DNA of 64,000 nucleotides from Eledone cirrhosa (lineage: Eukaryota), in assembly GCA_964016885.1 (NCBI GenBank), contig OZ024742.1, forward strand, positions 79,422,001 to 79,486,000. Reading direction: 5' to 3'. Both the position numbers and the translations under genes were made by a program. A model generated the notes under the pieces. It was not told where the DNA came from. It worked only from the letters and a program-made list of their open reading frames with translations, and made no database searches. This document shows, in pieces, positions 27,592-38,753 of the stretch; within the stretch, counting starts at the first letter, position 1, and every line of letters begins with the position of its first letter.

Positions 27592-28078
27592 GTATGAGTT
27601 GGAAAAACGGTTTAAGTTATGATGTTTAATTTTCATCTAGGTCAATACACTTCTACAAGCGTTCATACCAGCATTTAAGTCCATTCGTGTAAAACTGAGG
27701 ACTATGCCATTTAAACCACGTCAAAACAGCTTTCTTTATATCTTCAACTGGGGATCAACTTCAACCTCATCTTTTCCACTTCTAACACGCTGTTTGTAGG
27801 TTGTTGATTTCTTCAGGGCATTGTCCCTATAGACTTGCTTCAGAGCGTCAATGATTTGGCTGTTCTTCCACCCTAGCTTCATCATCAACATGATGTTTTG
27901 ATGGAAGACATGTTGCTCGAGCGGGTGCTGAGATCCGACTGGCGGCGCCGCTTTGCAACATACATTTAAGGGTTCATGTTAGAACATCTTATGACACGTT
28001 AGTATGAGAACGTACATATCCCTGCATATGATTTTTAGCTATGTACTTTTTCCACGAAATGTTTGAAGGGCCCTCGTA
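27592..28078 (-). mobile_element. Mariner-derived remnant
   Basis: Terminal tacgagggcccttcaaacatttcgtgg on the minus strand. Degenerate HTH-region translation (MMKLGWKNSQIIDALKQVYRDNALKKSTTYK). Confidence 0.6.
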
Positions 28079-28128
28079 TTTATACCCCCCCCCCCCACAC
28101 ACATATATATATATATATAGAGAGAGAG

Positions 28129-29345
28129 AGAAGGCCTTTGATAGGGTACCCCGATCTGTCATCTGGTGGTCCCTAAGGAGACTAGGTGTAGAGGAATGGC
28201 TTGTGAGGACAGTGCAAGCTATGTACAGGGTGTTGTCAGTAAAGTGAGAATAGGAATGGAGTTTAGTGAGGAATTCCAGATACAAGTAGATGTACATCAG
28301 GGTTCGGTCTTCAGCCCGCTCTTGTTCATTAAAGTCCTCCAAGCCATAGCAGAGGAGTTTAAGACTGGATGCTGATAATCTGGTTCTTATAGCAGAATCA
28401 GTAGAGGTGCTAGAGAATAAATTCTGGCTATGGAAACAGCAGTTGGAATCAAGAGGGCTGAGAGTGAATATAGCTAAAACAAAAGTGTTGATAAGTAGAA
28501 GAGAGGACAATACTCCGATTCCATCATGGAAATGGCCATGCTCGATATATAAGAAAGGAACTGGCATACATTCCATAAAATGTACGCAATGCAGATCTTG
28601 GGTACACAAGAGATGTAGTGGGATAGCAGGCAAACTAACAGGTAGGGAAAACTACGTATGCAGTAGATGTACAGGGAAAGTTGGCAGTAGTATTCGCAGT
28701 GATAGACTCATTTTTCCAATGCAGGTGGGTTCTATAGAAGTGGTTGATAGCTTAGGGTACCTAGGTGATCAGATTAGCATGAGAGGGGGATGTTTCTAGG
28801 CCATAGTATCTACAATAAGGACAGGTTGGAAGAAGTTTAGGGAGCTGCTTCCTCTTTTGACAAAGAAGGGTTTCTCCCTGCGTACGAAAGGACGGTTATA
28901 TTATGCCTGTGTGAGATGCGCGATGCTGCTTGGTAGTGAGACAGGGGCAGCAACTGCAGAAGATATGTGACGGCTGGAAAGAAATAAAGCAAGTATGCTT
29001 CGTTGGATGTGCGTGATCGACCAAGCATAGACGAGTTGAGAAAGAAACTGGGTATAAGAGGGATAACATGTGGTGTGCAGGAGAGAAGGCATAGATGGTA
29101 TGGACATGTGATGCGCATGGAGGATGACCGGTGGGTAAACAAGAGCCAAGAAATCCCAGTAGAAGGAAGACGCAGTAGAGATAGACCACGAAAAACATGG
29201 TCGGAGGTGCTGAGAGCAGACCTCAGATCGCTGAAACTCACCGAGGAGATGACGAAGGACCGTAACAAGTGAAGAGATGCTGTGCTGAATAGGACCCGTC
29301 CAACCCTTGCAAGCAGGGAAAAGCGGACGTAAAATGATGATGATG
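28129..29345 (+). mobile_element. RTE-clade LINE, 5'-truncated and frameshifted
   Basis: EKAFDRVP, VHQGSVFSPLLF, NIAKTKVL, YLGD and RWYGHVMRM..RPRKTW motifs, with a (TGA)n tail. Confidence 0.85.
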
Positions 29346-30383
29346 ATAATGATGACGATGATGATGATTATGATGATGATGATATATCTGTATATATATA
29401 TATATATTAATAAAGACAATTGTTACGTCTTGAGTAGCTTTTATTATTCCAACCGTATGTTTACCCTATATCTCCTTCCAGGCACGACTCTATTATTCAA
29501 TATTTCCTTGGTATTCTAAGATAACATGATATGATATACAGTAATTTAGAATTTAGGGATTTTCTTAGCCGATATAACATCCCGTGACAGAAGAACAAAA
29601 CTTTATCTATTTCTAGACATGATTTGAATTGTTATCACTTACAAGATTACTATTTTTTGAAATTATCTTTTACTACCTATCAAACTATATTTCTGTCTCC
29701 CATCCATTGCATTTTTAACCATCTCTATCTGCCGCCTTTTCTAAACTTATCTCAACATCTTCTGTGTTTCTCTTTCCCCGTGTTTAACATTCCTTGAACA
29801 CATCTCATTTCTCAACATTTTTCTACAATATAAAATGATTTGAATACGACGCAGACACACTCATCTTTTGTATAGCATTTAGAGTCAATATGAATATCTT
29901 TACATCTATATATATAACTATCTGTATGTCTGGTTGGGTGTATGTCTCTCTGCAAGTTTGTCTGTCTCCCAGCAAGTTTGAATAGAAAGAAAAGTCATCA
30001 AAGACAAGCAACTCTAGAAAATAATTCAATACAATGATAGTATATTGTATTTTTCAATACTTCGAAAAGTGTCGTAATCTGATGTCAATGAGTAAGCTTA
30101 TGCCATCCTTCGTTCTTTCTAAGGTGAGAACTGACTTCGTTTATGTTCTGTTTTAATTGATTATAATTTTTAAATGTCTCTGAGGAAAGTGTGGTGAGTA
30201 ATTTTAAAAAAATTGTTTCATTTCATTTTTTGTATATATTTTTCGCTTATAGAAGTTACGCATAATATCCTTTCATTAATTCTCGGTATGAGGCACACCC
30301 TCTAACTACTCTCAAAACGTATTAAAATGCTTTAAAATTAATTTTCCATCTCCATATTTGATTATATAGAGGGAAAATTGGAT

Positions 30384-30476
<93 letters not shown>

Positions 30477-30500
30477 TATATGTATATGAATACATCTATA

Positions 30501-30554
<54 letters not shown>

Positions 30555-30555
30555 C

Positions 30556-30587
<32 letters not shown>

Positions 30588-30596
30588 AATATATAT

Positions 30597-30646
<50 letters not shown>

Positions 30647-30709
30647 CACATATATATATAATCCAATTTTCCCTCTATATAATCAAATATGGAGATGGAA
30701 AATTAGTTA

Positions 30710-31121
30710 TATATATATACATACATGCACACATATATATATATGTACGTATGTTACTTAAATATAAGTATGTATACGTACTTACATATATGTATACAGA
30801 CGCACAGTAGTATGTATATATATATATATACATACACAGATATATATATGGAATCACCAAACATTTATTATAATGCTCGGTGTATTTGTAAACAAACAAG
30901 CATCCCGTATTAAGCCGCAGTGTCTAGCAACCACCGTTGCTCGTTTGTTCAACACTGACTAAGGAACGCTGTACTAGTTTCAGCTTGTTAGCTATTGTAA
31001 GCAACGTATACTTTCCTGCCAGATTGTTGAACGTCCGAAAGTATATACTTTCCTTATGCATATTAACGGCTGAGTAGCCCAATTTGCATATCGAGCGGGT
31101 TAATCGGCCGGGGGTACCGAC
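30710..31121 (-). mobile_element. HHR family A monomer (core decayed to CTTACAA, 30966-31007)
   Basis: Reverse complement of about 8795-9165. Confidence 0.8.
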
Positions 31122-31421
31122 AATTAGTCATTTACCTTAAATTTATTTAAATATCCTTAATAATATCTCTTCTTCGGAGGGAAAGTAAAGTTTTTAAACC
31201 AGCGTTCTAAATAGCTTGGCAAACGTTTATACCTCATTACACAATGCTTCAAATGAACTATAACTTCCTCCATATATATATATATAAGTAATGCAATCGA
31301 TTTTGACGTTTTGTCAGATCTTCACACAAATAATACGTGACTGACTTTATTAACTAGAGCAAGTGTTCAAATAAGAAATAATTCGCTTACTAACGTGAGA
31401 ATGCATGACTTATACTCCCCG

Positions 31422-31466
<45 letters not shown>

Positions 31467-31702
31467 CCTCACTTTCTGTTGCCTCACCATTTTGTTTGTT
31501 TACCCTCGCGTCCCCTTTATTTACGTGTCCCAACGACTTTTTTTAGCCGTTGCTCGCACCAACCGGAGGTATATAGTCTTTAAAGCGATGAAATATCTAT
31601 GATAGTTGGAAGATCACTGATGAAGGACAAACTTTTTTCATATGTAACCCATTTGCAACTCCGCAGCGCCCTTATTATCATATATATATATATATACATA
31701 TA

Positions 31703-32374
31703 TCGCTCATATCGAATTTTGTTTATCGTGAACTCGTGCGCCAATTTTTCGATACTCGATTATTCTACTATATTTAGCTCTAGACCTAGCTATTGACCAG
31801 TTAATTTTATTGTTCATTTTTTGTCGATTTTATTAAATGATGAATAGCTCCTGTTTATTTTAACATGTCTATTGAGCACTCTTATTCGATATGTGTATTT
31901 CCACATTTTCCCGAATATTTTTCGCGGATATAGAGGTTATCTCCCTTGCTGAATTCCATGTGCGTATTTAGCCTGGGTTATGCCTTTTCATTCGTTTGGA
32001 CAAAGCTCGTTGAGGAAGTAAACTCCCGTCCGCTGGCACCTAGAAGTCTTATATATTTTTATGTGAGCTGATAGAGGACAGTTTAAGGATTTACAGAAAC
32101 CCAAGAAGCTAGATTTACCATCTTTCTAGCGGGTCCGGGTATGCTTTTTACATTCATTTGATTTATTGATTTATTGATTTTTTATCTGAGTGTCCCGAAT
32201 CTTCCAGATCGCAATTTTTCGGTTGTATGGTTGATTATAGACTTGTTCTATGTGTGACGGTATTTTAACGATAGTTATAGCTCTGATTTATCTAAATTAT
32301 TGAGCCCTCTGCCGCTCATATCGAATTTTGTTTATCGTGAACTCGTGCGCCGATTTTTCGATACTCGATTATTC

Positions 32375-32380
<6 letters not shown>
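31703..32380. mobile_element. TA-flanked element with ~67-bp terminal direct repeats (period 610 bp)
   Basis: cgctcatatcgaattttgtttatcgtgaactcgtgcgcc...tattctacta at 31703 and 32313. Confidence 0.7.
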
Positions 32381-32418
<38 letters not shown>

Positions 32419-32421
<3 letters not shown>

Positions 32422-32577
32422 GGAACAAGACCCCGACGGCTGAGCTCAAGCCGTCGAAACGGCTTGAGCTCAGCCGTCGGGGTCTTACTTGTTCCTATTA
32501 CCCACTCTACTACCCTAAGTATTGAGTACTTTGGTGCGTTATGGTCCACCTGCTTCCTTACCACATTTCCTTCTTTA
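32419..32577 (+). mobile_element. Family E fold-back mini-element with 3' half of an HHR; copies at 47586-47724 and 62823-62985
   Basis: GAAACGGC-ttgagctca-GCCGTC-gggg, then a shared tail cctattaccca..taagtattgagtact..ggtcca..cttaccaca. Confidence 0.7.
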
Positions 32578-32619
32578 TATACATATATATATAGATATAT
32601 ACATATATATATATATATA

Positions 32620-32828
32620 TTGTGTTTCTCCAGCGCAAGACGCATACAATAATCCACTGCGATGATAAAAAGGTAGGGAGCCAATCTCCCTGGAGCACAC
32701 CAGCCAGTATCACAAAGAACGCTGTCATCCCATCAAGTGTAATGACTTGATGTTTGGTGCTGGTGTAGAGCATTGATATCAGGTCTACTATCTTCTTGGG
32801 GGTTTCATAAGCCTGTAAGATCTTCATT
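32620..32828 (-). mobile_element. RTE-group RT fragment
   Basis: MKILQAY..GVLQGD followed by APYLFIIAVDYCMR. Confidence 0.7.
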
Positions 32829-32856
32829 ACACACACACACACGCACACACACGATG

Positions 32857-33278
32857 TAGCTTCATGCATAGCAGTATACATATATGTATTGGAATTTCGT
32901 ATTTCTAAAGAAATACGATACAGGTAAACATTTAGAAAGCCGTAGCTATGCAAAACAATGGGGCTAACGCCCTTTGGTGGTGTCCAACAGAAGCAAGGAG
33001 GACGTCAATCCTCGATGATTTCGAACTTAACTGGACCTCATCAGGACGATCCATCCCACACCTGCGACTGCTAGACTTGAAAACAGGCGAGAATATATGG
33101 TTTTCTCGTCTGTGTAAATGAGGTGATTAATCTCATTTGCATATGAAGCAGCATAAGTTTGCACAACTTATAATAGATTAGAACTAGGATTTAGCTTTAT
33201 GCATAGCAGATATGTATTGGAATTTCGGATTCCTAAAGAAATACGGTATGTTTACAGGCAAACACTTAGGAAGCTGTA
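32857..33278 (-). mobile_element. Retrozyme-like unit (~335-bp period) with terminal direct repeats, HHR and octamer
   Basis: 32857-32944 is repeated at 33192-33278. HHR at 33003-33048 and ATTTGCAT at 33135-33142. Confidence 0.7.
33003..33048 (-). ncRNA. Type I hammerhead ribozyme
   Basis: cgtc CTGATGA ggtc-cagttaa-gttc GAAATC atcgag GATT gacg. Confidence 0.75.
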
Positions 33279-33404
33279 TTATAGGCGAAGAAATTATTCA
33301 GATAAAAAATACGAGTTTCTACGTATCCAAGGCTACGTACAATTTTATAGAAAAGTGTGAAATACCACCTTGAAGAATTATGAATTCACGTAGAGCAATG
33401 AATA

Positions 33405-33704
33405 CATTGAGAAATAAGCCAAACACTGCTAACTATATAACATTCCAATTTACTTGTATTTCATCCTTAATATTAAAAGCTTACATCAGAATTATGTAAG
33501 ATATAGTTAGTTGCCTTAAACATGCCATTATCTACAAAAATATAACACACCGGTGTGGTTTTGTTTACATTTAAAAAAACCCACACGGGTATGTTATATT
33601 TTATGTAATTTTGATGATTCCTAATATTAAGCTTTTGATATTAAGTATGAAACGCACGTAAATTAAAACTTGATATAGTTAGCAGTGTTTGACTTATTTT
33701 TTCA

Positions 33705-33707
<3 letters not shown>
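33405..33707. mobile_element. Fold-back element with HHR (plus strand, 33606-33665, core TTGATGA)
   Basis: Diverged inverted arms. Plus strand taatt TTGATGA...GAAAC gcac GTA aatta. The opposite arm retains CTGATG. Confidence 0.65.
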
Positions 33708-33794
<87 letters not shown>

Positions 33795-34431
33795 TCATGG
33801 GGGGATGTGGAAAACGTCGAACGCAGAAAATAATTGTGAACATAGTCGATGGCTATAGATAATAACTTAGAAAATCGGGTGAAATACTCCTTTAGACGCA
33901 AAAAAGTAGCCAACAGCTCAGACTCTTATCGGTAATTGGTGTCAAGGGTCATTTAGCTAAATTTGTGAGGTACATAGTGCATTTCTCTGTATCCGCTGGT
34001 GGCCACCATTTCCGTCTACTCATCTTCAGCTCTGTAAAATCAGTTGTTGCATATAGGCCTTCCCCATGTTGTGTTATCTTTGTCGATCTTGAGCAATTTG
34101 TGGGCAAAATTATTCAGTTCTTCTTGAGGCCAATTGGTTTCTCGTGTAACCATGTAGGGCTCAGTACTTGACGTGGGTGTGTCCGTTTTGCTTTGCTGAT
34201 GATATCTAAGATGTAGCGAAGTTTTGTTTTTTCTCGGACACATTCAGCGGTTTTTCAATCAAACTATATGATGGTTAACATGATCCTTTCGTAGGCTCCT
34301 TGCATTGTTCGTAGCCTTCTGTCATTAGGGATATCTTATCCGAATTCTAAGCTATTATTTATAGTAATCGACAGTGTTCACAGTTATTTTATTTGTTCGA
34401 TATTTGCTCATTTTCTAAGAATATATATATA

Positions 34432-34532
<101 letters not shown>

Positions 34533-34806
34533 GAGGTTATATTTAATTTGTTGGGATACAACAAGCAAAATATTTTTATGACTCATATAAAGCACTCAAC
34601 AAATGATTGGAGTAAATATACAATATATTAACAAATGGAAACTATATTTATAAAACCATATTTATTTCATTATACATATTTCAAGGGCCACTAGAGCAAA
34701 CTATGGTGCGCATTCATCAGATAAAATATAATATAGGTTAGTTTTATAAATAAATATTGACATACCCTTAAAAAATGCAAACAATGGTTGCATTTTTAAG
34801 GGTATG

Positions 34807-35587
34807 TCAACGTATACCTTCCTGCCAGATTGTTGAACGTTCAACAATCTGGCAGGAAGGTATACGTTGCTGACGATAGCTAATAAGCTTGAAACTAGTA
34901 CAGCGTTCCTTTGTCAGTGTTGAACAAACGAGCAACGATGGTTGCTAGACACTACGGCTTAATACGGGATGTTTGTTTACAAACACACCGAGCATTATAA
35001 TAAATGTTCGGTGAATCCATACGTACATATATATATGTGTGCATGTATGTATATATATATACATACTACTGTACGTCTGTATACATATATGTAAGTACGT
35101 GTACATACTTATATTTAATTAACAGGCGTACTAAGAGTGGGAAATGAAATTTCGTTTCAGTTTTCCCGTTTATCGTTGTCGGTGCACCCGGCCGATTAAC
35201 CCACTCGATATGCAAATTGGGCTACTCAGCCGTTAATGTGCGTAAGGTAAGTATATACGTTCAACAATATGGCAGGATGGTATACGTTGTTGACGATAGC
35301 TAATAAGCTTGAAACTAGTACAGCGTTCCTTTGTCAGTGTTGAACAAACGAGAAACGATGGTTGCTAAACACTACGGCTTAATACGGGATGTTTGTTTAC
35401 AAACACACCGAGCATTATAATAAATGTTCGGTGAATCCATACGTACATATATATATGTGTGCATGTATGTATATATATATACATACTACTGTACGTCTGT
35501 ATACATATATGTATGCACGTGTACATACTTATATTTAAGTAACAGCCGTACTAAAAGTGGGAAATGAAATTTCGTTTCATTTTTTCC

Positions 35588-35591
<4 letters not shown>
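34807..35591 (+). mobile_element. HHR family A tandem (period 420 bp) with 5' fold-back palindrome
   Basis: Perfect palindrome at 34808-34869. HHRs at 34864-34906 (intact) and 35284-35326 (C3>T). Confidence 0.9.
34864..34906 (+). ncRNA. Hammerhead ribozyme (family A)
   Basis: Identical to 8904-8946. Confidence 0.85.
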
Positions 35592-35656
<65 letters not shown>

Positions 35657-36903
35657 TATATATAATTTTAGAAAATGTAGAAATTTCATTCGCAGAAATA
35701 AATGTAGCCAATAGTTGGTTGCTATAAAAAGTAACTAAGAAAATCGGGTCAAATACAACTACCGATGTATTTTCTAAGCTATTATATATAGCAATCGACT
35801 GTGTTCACAGTTATAATCTGCGTTCAATGTTTTCTACATTCGATGCTCCGATCTTTTGTTTAGAAATGTTATATTTAATGTTGATATTAGCCTCTATTTT
35901 AGAGAGTAATTATCGTCATGTATCATTTAGTTCAGTGGTTCGGAGTAATCAATGTTCGATTCACTGTAGCATCTGCTGGACCCTTATTTACTTTTATGGG
36001 GGTATTACATGATATTCTAATCTATTATTTATCTCAGTCGACTGTGTTCACAGATATTTTCTATAAATAACAACTTAGTATCTTGTAGGTCTGGGAACAA
36101 AGTCATTACAGTCAATACAACCCTGTCTTTTTCCTATGCGCCTTAATACTCAAGACAACATTATCCAAGCCGGCATTGTGTGATTTGAAGGAAATTCAGC
36201 TGCTATTTCTAGCAGATCGTCTGTACATGTAGATGCTTCCTCTAGAGCGGAAGTCTTTAAAATCACTCATTAGCCAGGTAAAACGTTAAAGTAGGTGATG
36301 GATTAATTCTATAGCTCTATCACATTAAAAAACTTAGCTACAGGCTACTTGTCAGCATTTTTAAAGTTTGAAATACGGCTATGTATATTGTATCTCATTT
36401 AAGTATCTCATTTATCAAATGCTATATTTAAATTTTTATCTTTTCCTTTGATATTCGACTTCATATTTTCTTTCACTTCAAAACGTTGATATTCGTTAAA
36501 CCAAAAGGATTTTCCTCTGCTTAATGTAATTTTTGTTTCTTTGGTGATATGTTTTACTTTTGTGTGTGTTTGTGTGTAGATTATTTTCTAATAGATACAG
36601 AACTCTCAATTTTTCTTTCTGTCTTCTTCAAGTACTTGCTATGACACTTTCATCTGAGAAACATATTTTGTTGTTTAAAATGTTTTTCTTTTGAGTATTA
36701 AACATTAGGTGCATGTTGTTCCTTGAGGTGTCTTTATGGATATTCAATGGTGATATTCAAAACACACCCGAAATATTATAATTTCTTTACACATATCATT
36801 CATTCGTTGTTTTAATAGATACGTATAGAGGGTTGTGTAGTGTAGTTTAATTTTATATCTATTTTGTATTACGCTTCGAGGAGTTTATCTCTCGCTCTCG
36901 CTC

Positions 36904-36963
<60 letters not shown>

Positions 36964-37004
36964 AAATGAAAATCCGAAGGCAAGGTAAAATTCCAATCAT
37001 TTAA

Positions 37005-37078
37005 TCACGACACATGTTTCAATAAGAGATAGATCGATTGTGAAGCCACGATCAATTATCACTGATCTCATCAGGTGA
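37005..37078 (-). ncRNA. Hammerhead ribozyme in PLE pLTR
   Basis: tcac CTGATGA [long stem II] GAAAC atgt GTC gtga. Confidence 0.85.
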
Positions 37079-38753
37079 AAATGAATTGTCTTCAAATTTC
37101 TTGATATGAGGGAGAAAAACGATGTTACCACACATAATTCATTCCCTCATATGGAGACACATCAGTCAGTCAGAGACGAGGCGACTGCTATTAGCTTAAA
37201 ATTGAGGTCACAAAAGTTTTCAGACTTCCATCGCTGCAAAAGACGCTGGACATCGACACAAATCCGTAGGGATGCAGTCAGTCACAGTTAGAAGTAAGTG
37301 GATACACACACACTCCACACACGCATACATCGGCTCGAGGTCAAATAAAAATAAAAATAAAAATAAAAATAAAAATAAAAATAAAAATAAAAATAAAAAT
37401 AAAAATAAAAATAAAAATACAAATAAAAATAAAAATAAAAATAAAAATAAAAATAAAAATAAAAATAAAAATAAAAATAAAAATAAAAATAAAAATAAAA
37501 ATAAAAATAAAAATAAATACATGTACACACAACAACACAGTATTAAACCCGCGGAATTAGCGTGGGTGGGCACACATACACCCCAACACACACCGAAGCG
37601 ACATTCGAGAAAAAGCATATATAAGAATGTACCAACACAGCAATCACCGAAAAGTTAGTTCGTAAAGCAACAGAAATTATGGCGGTCAAATCTCAATTTG
37701 ACGATGTAAATCGGAAATGTTAAGTTAACCAACGCTACACACACATACACAAGCGCGTGCGCGCAAGTAAGTTCAGTTCAGTGTTCTGCTGTACGTGTAA
37801 AGACCCAACTGCAACATCAATATCTTCAAGTGTGGGTTATGGCAAAAGCTATATACACCCGAATCAGCCAAAAAATGGAAGTCTGGGTATATACACACCC
37901 ACGTGAAGAGCTCAATTTGACAATGCAGATTGGAAACATTGGGTCAACCAACGCTACACACATATACACACACACACGTGCGTGCGCGCAAGTAAGTTCA
38001 GTTCAATGTTCTGCTATACGCGTATACATCCAATTGTATCCGGATCGTCCCCCCCCAAAAAAAAAGGGGGTGGGGGTATATACACATCCATGTGAAGAGT
38101 AAGCATTCAGCTCATGTCGAACTCCTTGTGTACCGCTGTCCAGTTGAGAAGCAAAATAACCAAATCCGTGCGTGCAAGCAACTGCAGTGTGGGCCGGCAA
38201 AGGGCTCTATGTAGGGTTGGGTATAGGGTAAATGAGTCCGCAAGTGCGATCTCCCGCCACATGGGCCAATGGGCTTTTAAGATAGTTGGTCGAGTGGTGG
38301 AGGTGTGTTATTCAGCATAGAAGGTGAAGTAAGAAAATACAGGACAGTGCATGTGTGTAGGCCCATTAATCGTGTGTCAGTATCAATGTTCAATCCGTAA
38401 CAATGAGTCCTCCATGGCTAGATGATCACGCATCAAAACCTGGTGTAGAGTTCAGTCGGTAGGAACGTGACATTCGTAAATGTTGGAGCTCAATGTCTAA
38501 AGGAAGCGGGTACTGTGTGTATAGCTATGTATAGGGAGCGTAATCGGTCCTAACTAAGTGTGTAATCAATCTAACTATTTACTAGCTAGGTATTCTAAAA
38601 GAGAGCACTCAGCTATGAGAACTCCGTGGAAACATGCCGAGTATCTTTGCAAGTGCGCAAACAATCTTAGCCGTCTAACTACCTAAGTGTGTGACTGTCC
38701 GTTTATTGAGAGAACTCTAGGGCTTAATTAGAGAGGGAAGAGTTATTGGTAGG

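Noticed and set aside
31585-31630. GAAA...CTGATGA as a possible type II hammerhead
   Set aside because: The NUH triplet and stem II do not form convincingly.
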